Shown piece after piece: positions 27,657 through 37,604 of a DNA stretch of 54,578 bases. Position 1 is the first letter of the stretch. Each line of letters starts with the position of its first letter. Below the pieces are notes generated by a model. The model saw only the letters and a list, made by a program, of their open reading frames with translations, did no database searches and was not told the origin of the DNA. The stretch covers positions 1 to 54,578 of the forward strand of contig JBBILZ010000008.1 in assembly GCA_037444665.1 (NCBI GenBank), in the 5' to 3' direction. Source of the DNA: a candidate division WOR-3 bacterium. Lineage in GTDB: Bacteria; Hydrothermota; Tepidihabitantia; SM23-42; JAOAFX01. Made by a program: the position numbers and the translations under genes.

Positions 27657-27706
27657 TATTGACAATTCTGCAAATCTGGATATAATAGATAATAGAATTG
27701 TCAATA
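27657..27706 (+). promoter_or_regulatory. Sigma70 promoter enclosed by a perfect 13-bp inverted repeat
   Basis: TTGACA(27659)-16-TATAAT(27681); TATTGACAATTCT / AGAATTGTCAATA. Confidence 0.65.
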
Positions 27707-27733
27707 AAATTTAAATAAATGGGCTTTCCTCTT

Positions 27734-27788
27734 CCTGATAACCTGATCTCCTGGTCTCCTGATATCCCGTTCTCCCGGTATCCTGACC
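27734..27788. repeat. Degenerate 8-mer tandem array (CCTGATAT-like, about 7 units)
   Basis: cctgataa cctgatct cctggtct cctgatat cccgttct cccggtat cctgacc. Confidence 0.7.
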
Positions 27789-27968
27789 AGTGCCCTAAAG
27801 CCCAAGTGTTAAGTCACGCTGAATTTATTTCAGTATCTAAAAAGGGTTGCAAATGCAACCATTCCTATTCAGGGGCACGATAGTAATTTAGTAACAATTG
27901 GTTAAATGGTTAAATAACCATTAACCATCCTCATACCCTGGTTCGCAGGGCAAACAAGGAGGTAAATC

Positions 27969-28475
27969 ATGAAAAAGGGTTTTACCCTGATTGAATTGAT
28001 GGTCGTGGTGGTCATCATTGGTATTCTTGCTGCCATCGCCATCCCGAACTTCATGGCAATGCAGCAGAGGGCAAAGGAATCATCCCTGAAGAATAATATG
28101 CATACACTCCAGACTTCAGTAGAAGACTTAAACACAAGGGGTGCAGATGCCTATCCCGTAAATTTAAATACTACTGTTTCTCAAATAAATACTGCCTATC
28201 CTGCTACTGGTCCAGATGCTAATATGTGCGTGGCAGAAGCTAACTTACCGCCATATGGGAATAACTCAATCCTTCCTGATAATGTGAGAAATCCATTTTA
28301 TCCATCTAATAGTGCAGTCGGCGATGGAATTCCTACATACAGCAATGCCAATGTGGGGATTTCTTTTTATGCTGATACCCTGAATGTTGGGAATAGTGCG
28401 CCTTCGTACCGCATCTATGGAGTTGGTGCAAAAGGAGTCTTGCCTCTAACCTTGACACCCGGTGTGGCAAAATAG
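27969..28475 (+). CDS. pilA: Type IV pilin, probable major pilin
   Basis: MKKG|FTLIELMVVVVIIGILAAIAIPNF; strong SD AAGGAGGT; own terminator. Confidence 0.9.
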   Translation: MKKGFTLIELMVVVVIIGILAAIAIPNFMAMQQRAKESSLKNNMHTLQTSVEDLNTRGADAYPVNLNTTVSQINTAYPATGPDANMCVAEANLPPYGNNSILPDNVRNPFYPSNSAVGDGIPTYSNANVGISFYADTLNVGNSAPSYRIYGVGAKGVLPLTLTPGVAK

Positions 28476-28499
28476 CATTAATCCATCGTAATCCTGCTT

Positions 28500-28536
28500 A
28501 AGGCTGGTGGCATTTTAAATTTGCTACCAGCCTTTT
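28500..28536 (+). terminator. Intrinsic terminator after pilin
   Basis: AAGGCTGGTGGCA-loop-TGCTACCAGCCTT-TT. Confidence 0.8.
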
Positions 28537-28547
28537 ACTATATAATA

Positions 28548-28973
28548 ATGGAAAAGCCGAAATATAATGTTTTTATATTCATAATATTATTGGTGGCTGT
28601 AGTTTATTCTTGCAAGAAGAATGAAGATTTGACAATTAGTATTGAACCTTGCTTTTCTACTCCTGAGAGCACTATCTACACTTATTGGCAATTTCTTGAC
28701 TCACGCGACTATAAGAAGGCATTACGCTGTTTTAAATCCCATGTAGAAGATTACTATGACTCTTCACTCATTTATCCCATTCCAGATAGAATTGAATCAT
28801 TAAGAGTAGATTCAATCATTAGTAAGAAAAAATTGAATAAAAAAACTTATGAGATATTCTATCGTGTTAGGTTCTATTCCCAGAAAGATAAGTGCTTAAA
28901 ATATTTTATAACGGGAGATAAATTAATTTTAACCAATAAAGGCTGGTTAGTTGATGAAGTCCTTGTGCGCTAA
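28548..28973 (+). CDS. Small lipoprotein, NTF2-like (DUF4878-like)
   Basis: Lipobox VVYSC; STPESTIYTYW...DYKKA...GWLV; ATG 28548 preferred over TTG inside the terminator. Confidence 0.55.
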   Translation: MEKPKYNVFIFIILLVAVVYSCKKNEDLTISIEPCFSTPESTIYTYWQFLDSRDYKKALRCFKSHVEDYYDSSLIYPIPDRIESLRVDSIISKKKLNKKTYEIFYRVRFYSQKDKCLKYFITGDKLILTNKGWLVDEVLVR

Positions 28974-31050
28974 TAAATTATTATTATTCGTGATTTTTGC
29001 CTTGGCAATTATTTTGTGGTTTATTGTGCCATTTATTACAAGAGATAAAGATTTACCAATTTTTTTTACGCCTGACCCATTCTATCATGCGCGTAGAGTT
29101 TTAATAACAGTTAATAATTTCCCCCATCTGCCTATCTTTGATTATTATATTTCATACCCAGATGGTGCATATTCTATCTGGCCACCTTTGTTTGATTTTT
29201 TAGCAGCTCTGGTTGCATATTTATTATTAGGTGGTCATCCTCAAACACCCCAGGTGGAGATGGTTTGTGAAATCTTTCCTGTAGTATGGGGAATACTGGT
29301 CATTTTTTTGACCTATAAAATTGGTGAGAGATTATTGGGAAGAATCATAGGGTTCATTTCTGCTCTTATTATTACAATTTCACCTATAACTTCAATCTAC
29401 GCTCGATTTGGTTATTTTGACCATCATATTGCTGAGGTATTCGGTTTATTGATCATTTTCTATTTTTTGATTAAATCCGACTCTAATAATTATGCAAAAT
29501 GGTTGGGTCTTGGTTTTGCCTTTGGAATTTCACTATTACTGTGGCAGGGTTCAATTTTATTTATTGGTGTGTCATTTTTTATTTTGATGGCAAAGAAAGA
29601 ATTTAAAGCATTTATTTCATATCTTAATGCCTTGCTAATTATACTACCTTTTAGTATAAACACGCATTTTGTAGATAGCCCATTCAGTTATCTCGGTCTA
29701 TCTATGTTGCATATCTCCCTTTTATTAATTGCGGCGTTGATTTTTTTGATTGTTGTTTTAGTGAAAAAGAAAAGTATATTAACAGTGATTCCAACAATTT
29801 TATTGACAATTCTTTTATTCTTTCTTTTAAGATCACAGTCTTTTATAAAAGGGGTGTTTTTTATTTTCAAAAATGACCCGTGGCTGGCAACGATTTTAGA
29901 ATTCAAACCTTTAATTATACAAAGTGGGTATCTTGACAATTTGACAGTCAGAAATAAATTTGGGCTTGCCTACTACGCAGTTCCTTTAATGCTATTTATA
30001 CTTTTTTGGGAATATAGAATGAAAGACAAAAAGTTTATAAATTTTTATGTTTTCTGCGTATTTACGGCTATTATGTCTTTTATTGGGTTAAGATATGGGA
30101 TATGGTTTTTGCCATTTTTCGCAATATTATTTGCCTATTTTCTCAAGAAAGTCCATGATACATTTAAAGGAAAAAAAGGATTAATCTTTAGCATAATCTT
30201 ATTTTTAATTAATTTTTCATTTATCCAAATTAAAAATTATTGCGCATACAAGTCTACTCCTGATAAAGAGATGGTAGCAGCCTGTTTCTGGTTAAAAGAT
30301 TCACTACCTGCAGCGGGTAATATTTTGTTACCTGATAAGAAACCCAATTATGGTATTATGTGTTTCTGGGATGTTGGACACTATATCGTTTATCTTAGCG
30401 GCAAGCCTGTTACATCATCGAATTTTGGTAATGGCGCACCAAATTTTAAAAAGGTTAATGAATTTTTTTTGACGACTTCAGAGGATGAGGCGATAAAATA
30501 CCTTACAGATTTTAGTTCAAACTATGTCCTAATGTATGGTAACATGCGTAATATTTATTTAACTTCCAAGTATTTGGATAAAAAGTCATCTGATTTTTTG
30601 AGTATGTATTATACAAAAGATAAGGTTGGTATGGTGATGACGATTATGGAACCAACTAAATTGGGTAGTGCTACAACTACCTACAGGTTATCCCAATATT
30701 TAGGCAGGGCATTTTATGAACACGATACTTTTTATGCAGCTTATCCACATTTTAGATTGAAATATTTTTCAAAGAGTATAAGGATTTTTGAATTAGTTAA
30801 AGGAGCAAAGATCGTTGGTAAAACTAAAGCAAATATGCCTGTGGTGATAACTTACGAAGTATCTCTACCTACTGTGAATTTTATCTATTTTGATTCTTTA
30901 ACTGCTGATGAAAATGGTTGGTTTTCTATTGTGGTTCCGTATCCAACTCGGGATACCAATAAATACAAGATAACAATTGGTAATAAAATTAGGTATGTGG
31001 ATGTTCTTGAAGATAATGTAACAAGTGGCGACACAATTTTTATTAAATGA
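28954..31050 (+). CDS. STT3/AglB-family oligosaccharyltransferase (archaeal AglB-like)
   Basis: DPFYHARR, GYFDHH, TILE (TIxE), FWDVGHYI (WWDxG variant), RIFELVKGAKIVG, ADENGWFSIVVPYPT; about 13 TM segments. Confidence 0.85.
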   Translation: MKSLCANKLLLFVIFALAIILWFIVPFITRDKDLPIFFTPDPFYHARRVLITVNNFPHLPIFDYYISYPDGAYSIWPPLFDFLAALVAYLLLGGHPQTPQVEMVCEIFPVVWGILVIFLTYKIGERLLGRIIGFISALIITISPITSIYARFGYFDHHIAEVFGLLIIFYFLIKSDSNNYAKWLGLGFAFGISLLLWQGSILFIGVSFFILMAKKEFKAFISYLNALLIILPFSINTHFVDSPFSYLGLSMLHISLLLIAALIFLIVVLVKKKSILTVIPTILLTILLFFLLRSQSFIKGVFFIFKNDPWLATILEFKPLIIQSGYLDNLTVRNKFGLAYYAVPLMLFILFWEYRMKDKKFINFYVFCVFTAIMSFIGLRYGIWFLPFFAILFAYFLKKVHDTFKGKKGLIFSIILFLINFSFIQIKNYCAYKSTPDKEMVAACFWLKDSLPAAGNILLPDKKPNYGIMCFWDVGHYIVYLSGKPVTSSNFGNGAPNFKKVNEFFLTTSEDEAIKYLTDFSSNYVLMYGNMRNIYLTSKYLDKKSSDFLSMYYTKDKVGMVMTIMEPTKLGSATTTYRLSQYLGRAFYEHDTFYAAYPHFRLKYFSKSIRIFELVKGAKIVGKTKANMPVVITYEVSLPTVNFIYFDSLTADENGWFSIVVPYPTRDTNKYKITIGNKIRYVDVLEDNVTSGDTIFIK

Positions 31051-31062
31051 TAGGGGTGTAGT

Positions 31063-31605
31063 ATGATAAGCAGAGGTTTTACTTTGATTGAATTAATGGT
31101 TGTGGTGGTAATTATTGGTATCCTTGCTGCGGTGGCAATTCCCAATTATGTAACGATGCAGGTAAGGGCAAAAGAGTCATCCACCAAAGAAAATATGCAT
31201 ACCCTGCATGTGACATTAGAAGACTTTAATATCCGTGCTGGTGGTGGATATCCAGGAGACTTAGAGACAACAATCTCTACTGTCAATCCCAATATTCAGG
31301 GCTCAGAGGGTAATATAAGGATTGCCGAAAGTATGAGTCCTCCTTATGGACCTAATTCTATACTTCCGGATAATGTCAAAAATCCATTCTCACCACAATC
31401 ACCTGCATTACAGAATCAAAGGGTCTCTCCAGGTGACCCTGCCGGGGTCGTTGGATATGAAGCGAGCAATACCTTAGGTGATGACCCTATTTCGGGCAAT
31501 CCCTGGCATGAGGCTGGTGATGGACCAGCGATGTTCTATCGGATCACAGGGATGGGTAGAAAAGGACCCCTGCTCATCGTCATGACCTCTGCGGGCACGC
31601 GCTGA
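31063..31605 (+). CDS. Type IV pilin paralogue
   Basis: SRG|FTLIELMVVVVIIGILAAVAIPNY; shares RAKESS..NMHTL, PPYG.NSILPDNV.NPF and YRI.G.G.KG with 27969-28475. Confidence 0.9.
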   Translation: MISRGFTLIELMVVVVIIGILAAVAIPNYVTMQVRAKESSTKENMHTLHVTLEDFNIRAGGGYPGDLETTISTVNPNIQGSEGNIRIAESMSPPYGPNSILPDNVKNPFSPQSPALQNQRVSPGDPAGVVGYEASNTLGDDPISGNPWHEAGDGPAMFYRITGMGRKGPLLIVMTSAGTR

Positions 31606-31609
31606 ATAA

Positions 31610-32434
31610 TTATTTCTTCTTTTTCCAGGTTGAAGATGCTTTACCACCTGTCAGGTAATATCTTTCACCATGTGGCTCAGTAGGGATTGAGTCAATCAAT
31701 CCATAAATGACGAGTTCATTCAGATGAAAGGGAAGACGACCAAACTTGGTTTTGAACTCTTCTATTTTTTTATTCAAGAATTCTATATCTAACTCCATTC
31801 TGGCTTCTTTGATATACATCTCGGCAATCTTTTTCTCTTCGGGATTCTTGGCATTATTATACAAATCAACCCACAATGCCAGGGCAGTTTTTGTATCCCT
31901 AAGTCTTTTCAGAGCGATATAACCTGCCCATCTCTTGGGCATATCAGTCGCATTGGGTTTCTGACTTGAGATACGCAGATAAGCCAGGGCAGTTTTATAA
32001 TCCCTTAGAAATACATAGTGGATAAAACCATAGATAAATGGAGTCCGCCATTCGTTATAATCTGCCCGCATACCTTTTTTCAACAATGCCATTGCCTGGT
32101 CCGGTCTATTCGCATCATGGGTGAGCATAAGTGCACCAAGGGTGTAGGCGTGGACAAAATAGGGGTCAAGGGTGGTCAAAATATCAAGAATATGATACAT
32201 CAAATCAAATCGTGCATCGGTCATCCTGTGTTCGCCATAATACTGGATAAATCTGAGCCAGACCATATCGGCAAGCGGGACATAAAATCCTACGGATAAT
32301 GCCCGCACTGCAAATCCTGAAGGAAAATACATCAGTTCGCCAATGAGTTCGTGGGATGTTTTTCTTAAGTCAATACGGTAAGAAAGATTGGCGATGAGAA
32401 GGAGAAGGAGGATTATTAATATTATTTTCTTCAT
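31610..32434 (-). CDS. Pilus-associated TPR-like protein with pseudopilin-G-like C-terminus
   Basis: N-terminal TM, LADMVWLRFIQYYG, LTTLDPYF, GRLP..LNELV..GLI..IP.EP.G; likely start MKKIIL at 32434. Confidence 0.6.
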   Translation of the reverse strand: MKKIILIILLLLLIANLSYRIDLRKTSHELIGELMYFPSGFAVRALSVGFYVPLADMVWLRFIQYYGEHRMTDARFDLMYHILDILTTLDPYFVHAYTLGALMLTHDANRPDQAMALLKKGMRADYNEWRTPFIYGFIHYVFLRDYKTALAYLRISSQKPNATDMPKRWAGYIALKRLRDTKTALALWVDLYNNAKNPEEKKIAEMYIKEARMELDIEFLNKKIEEFKTKFGRLPFHLNELVIYGLIDSIPTEPHGERYYLTGGKASSTWKKKK

Positions 32435-32468
32435 AGTTTTATGTAATAATGCATTGGCGTTTTCAGTA

Positions 32469-33236
32469 TCATTTAAACTCCTTCTTCTCAAAGACAATAA
32501 TCGCCAGGTAAAGAAGGAATATTGTATAGATAAAGCCATAGCAAATAGAAAAGAGCAACCGGTCAGTATAGATCGGTAATTTATGGACGAGTTCCAACCT
32601 GAGATTGAAATTTTCTAAATTAGGTAAAATATAATAGAATCCATAGGCAAGGTATTTTATCGCAGGAACCTTTACTGTATCAGCAAATAGTTTCAGGTCA
32701 GGACTTGCATGGCCAATGACATAAAAGAGAACACCCATGATTGAAGTAAGTGTTGTAGAGGAGAAAGATGAAAATAGGAGGAGGATGCTAGAAAGAACCA
32801 TAATCCCAATCAAAGAGAATGGAAGATTGAGGAGGATTGGTAAATCAAATTTGCCTTCGTAGATAAAAATAGTAAACTGATGGATGATTGCCATTGCACC
32901 TTGCAGAATTGCCACCAGCAGGAACAGACCCAGAAACTTACCAAGAATGATCTCAGCCCTTTTAACTGGTTTGGCAATTACTGTATAGATTGTGCGCTTC
33001 TCAATATCCTTATGAATAAGAGTAGAACCGATTATTATGACTACCAGTACGCCAAAAATTGAGGCGACTGCCATTCCAAAATCACGCAATAATTTAGGCG
33101 ATTCACCAAGGGCAAAGGGTTCAAGAAATAAAGAGATAACAATCAGGATGATGCTGAATACAATAAGCAGGAGCATAATCCTCTGCCTCAGACTCTCTTT
33201 AAATGTATTTTCAGCAATTGCAAGGATTCTATTCAT
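32469..33236 (-). CDS. ABC-2 permease (PilI-like)
   Basis: IAENTFKESLR, KDIEKRTIYTVIAKPV.RAEIILGKF, ILPNLENFN. Confidence 0.8.
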   Translation of the reverse strand: MNRILAIAENTFKESLRQRIMLLLIVFSIILIVISLFLEPFALGESPKLLRDFGMAVASIFGVLVVIIIGSTLIHKDIEKRTIYTVIAKPVKRAEIILGKFLGLFLLVAILQGAMAIIHQFTIFIYEGKFDLPILLNLPFSLIGIMVLSSILLLFSSFSSTTLTSIMGVLFYVIGHASPDLKLFADTVKVPAIKYLAYGFYYILPNLENFNLRLELVHKLPIYTDRLLFSICYGFIYTIFLLYLAIIVFEKKEFK

Positions 33237-33994
33237 TTTTTCGATTCATTCGTGCTTTCTCTCACCTGTTTAAAAAACCAGTCTTCTAATGATATTTCAT
33301 CTGTTTTTGTGCCTCGTTTGAGTAATTTGTCAAGTTCTCCAACTTCCATAATTTTACCATCAATTATTATACCAATACGGTCGCATACTGCTTCTGCATC
33401 TGGCAATATATGGGATGAGAAAAAGATGGTTTTTCCCTTTTTTTTCTGTTCAAGTATCAAATCCTTAATCTCTTTTCTACCTATCGGGTCAAGTCCGGTC
33501 AGGGGTTCATCAAGAATCAATAGTTCAGGGTCGCCTACCAATGCCTGGGCAATACCTATGCGCTGTAGCATACCTTTGGAATACTTTCTTAATGGTAAAT
33601 CAATTGCATTTTTTAATCCCACCCTATCCAGAAGGTCAGTAATCTTATTCTTTTCAATTTTTTCATTACTCAATAAGGCATGAATTTTTAAAAATTCAAA
33701 CCCGGTGAGATGGTCATAAAAATATGGTGATTCAGGTAAAAAACCAACCCTCTTTTTTGCTTCAAGTGAACTGGGCGGATAACCAAAAATTTCAACTTTT
33801 CCAGTATCTGCCTTTAGTAGTCCTGTAATAATCTTAATCGTTGTTGTTTTTCCTGCGCCATTAGGACCTAAAAAACCGAATACCTCACCAGCAAAAACAT
33901 CAAATGATATACCTTTAAGAATTGTCTTCTTTTTTTCCCAGAAATGAATTTTAAATGAGCGATAGAGATTCTCTATTTTAAGTGCCACATCCAT
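33233..33994 (-). CDS. ABC ATP-binding protein (PilH-like)
   Basis: GPNGAGKTT, YSKGMLQR, ILDEP, SSH. Confidence 0.9.
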   Translation of the reverse strand: MDVALKIENLYRSFKIHFWEKKKTILKGISFDVFAGEVFGFLGPNGAGKTTTIKIITGLLKADTGKVEIFGYPPSSLEAKKRVGFLPESPYFYDHLTGFEFLKIHALLSNEKIEKNKITDLLDRVGLKNAIDLPLRKYSKGMLQRIGIAQALVGDPELLILDEPLTGLDPIGRKEIKDLILEQKKKGKTIFFSSHILPDAEAVCDRIGIIIDGKIMEVGELDKLLKRGTKTDEISLEDWFFKQVRESTNESKK

Positions 33995-34071
33995 ATTAAA
34001 TTATTATATTCAAAAATTTTAATTTGTAAAGCGGTTTTTTATGCAAAAAATGACCCATCAAATCATCTTGA

Positions 34072-36102
<2,031 letters not shown>

Positions 36103-36114
36103 ACAGGAGGTTAG

Positions 36115-36384
36115 ATGGATTCAAAGGTAGAAAATTATATTGAAAAGATTGTGCGTGAGGAACTACAGCGTCTGATTGAGCAGGATAAATCAATCTGCCA
36201 TTGTCCTAATTGCTACCAGGACATTATGACCCTCACACTTAACAATCTACCAGCAATGTATGTATCAAGTGATATTGGCCATATAATGACGATGTTCAAT
36301 TTGAGTAAAGACCAGCTTCAGGCACAGGTTATAGTTGAATTACTAAAGGCAATTGACAAGGTTAAAATGAACCCCCGTCATTAA
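36115..36384 (+). CDS. ComFB-family protein
   Basis: ENYIE..V, CHCPNCYQD...LTLNNLP..Y, terminal NPRH. Confidence 0.8.
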   Translation: MDSKVENYIEKIVREELQRLIEQDKSICHCPNCYQDIMTLTLNNLPAMYVSSDIGHIMTMFNLSKDQLQAQVIVELLKAIDKVKMNPRH

Positions 36385-36453
36385 TAGAGACAATGAAACA
36401 GTATAAACTAAAAAAAGTGTATTAATGAATTAAATAATTAATTAATGAATTAA

Positions 36454-36771
36454 TTAATAATCCAATTTTATTCTTTTGGTAATGCGGGTTGCCAATTTTT
36501 CAGCAGCATCTAACAGATTTTTGACTTCTTTCTGATACTTTATGCGGTAAATAGTTTTGGGCCATTTTTTCTCATATCTTACAATATGGGCAATTTTTAA
36601 TTTTTTGAGATGTGCTGAAACACCTGGTTTTGATATTTTAACTCTCTTTACAATTTCATCCAACTCCATAGGTCCATTTTCAAGTAGTAGTTTTGTGATT
36701 GCATAGGCAATTGGATAATCAAAGACTCGGCAGATCAATGAACCACGATATTTCTTTTCAAGAATCTTCAT
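36454..36771 (-). CDS. ArsR-like winged HTH regulator
   Basis: LDEIVKRVKISKPGVSAHLKKLK...IV.Y. Confidence 0.75.
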   Translation of the reverse strand: MKILEKKYRGSLICRVFDYPIAYAITKLLLENGPMELDEIVKRVKISKPGVSAHLKKLKIAHIVRYEKKWPKTIYRIKYQKEVKNLLDAAEKLATRITKRIKLDY

Positions 36772-36804
36772 ATTTCCAAACGCATATAATCTTCACGGGT
36801 CAGA

Positions 36805-37173
36805 TTACAATTTTAATTTATATTTTATGCTTATCTTATCAATGTTTGTTTCAATGTCAAAACCATACATTTTTGCACCAACATAGGCATCAGCAAGAGA
36901 ATAGCCAAATAAAAATAGTTCCCACCATAAAAAAGAATTCCTCTCAGAATAATTCTTTTCAAAATGATTTTTAATTGCATAATAACCAAGGGTTATTTCA
37001 CCTGCCCCGATTGCTACACCAGGGATATATCTTTCTGTATAGAATTGACCACCACCAGGCACGAGGCACAATAGCATTGCTATTTTTGCTGATTTTTTTT
37101 TTGCAAAGGAAGAATTGCTCAATAATAAAATCAGAATTATTAAAACAAACAAAAAGCGGGTATTCTTTAACAT
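36805..37173 (-). CDS. DUF5683/TM2-like membrane protein
   Basis: AMLLCLVPGGGQFY, SLADAYVGA. Confidence 0.65.
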   Translation of the reverse strand: MLKNTRFLFVLIILILLLSNSSFAKKKSAKIAMLLCLVPGGGQFYTERYIPGVAIGAGEITLGYYAIKNHFEKNYSERNSFLWWELFLFGYSLADAYVGAKMYGFDIETNIDKISIKYKLKL

Positions 37174-37193
37174 TTCACGCTCCAGACCTTAAT

Positions 37194-37604
37194 TTATTTA
37201 GTATATTTATAATCAAATCGTTCTATAGAATCAATTTCTGCTGTGCAATAAATTGTTAGATAATCTATCTTCTGTTCGTCAAAAAATCTTAAGAGGTCTG
37301 CCATCCTCTTTATTGCATTTGGTGCAGAAATATATATTTCAACGCCTTTGTAGTGCCGGTCAAATCTGCGCATTATTTCTACCTCACCATAGGGCGTTAG
37401 TTTATCATTCTGGAAAAATTTATTTGCTGGTAGTTTTTCAAAATCTCCGCGTATGCCCTTTTGATTTTTAATTGTTTCTTCCCACATTTTAATTTCTTCT
37501 TTCAATTTATCAGTGGTCTGCTTCAGCGATAGATACTGGACGCGATAAAAATAATACCCACCCAGGAGCAACATAATAATGATTATTAATGAAACATACT
37601 TCAT
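37194..37604 (-). CDS. Hypothetical membrane-anchored protein
   Basis: N-terminal TM and coiled coil; ATGA coupling with valS. Confidence 0.6.
   Translation of the reverse strand: MKYVSLIIIIMLLLGGYYFYRVQYLSLKQTTDKLKEEIKMWEETIKNQKGIRGDFEKLPANKFFQNDKLTPYGEVEIMRRFDRHYKGVEIYISAPNAIKRMADLLRFFDEQKIDYLTIYCTAEIDSIERFDYKYTK

Noticed and set aside
27812..27838. GTCACGCTGAATTTATTTCAGTATCT as another REP family
   Set aside because: Looks like a repeat-type hairpin but only one clear copy is present in the window
27936..27962. c-di-GMP-I riboswitch upstream of pilin (GCAGGGCAAAC)
   Set aside because: Only the first few bases resemble the motif; no GNRA-capped P2 or P3 follows, and the sequence runs straight into the SD
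27969..31605. Pilin antigenic variation by silent cassettes or a diversity-generating retroelement
   Set aside because: Both pilins are complete genes with leader peptides; no truncated cassettes, reverse transcriptase or TR/VR pair
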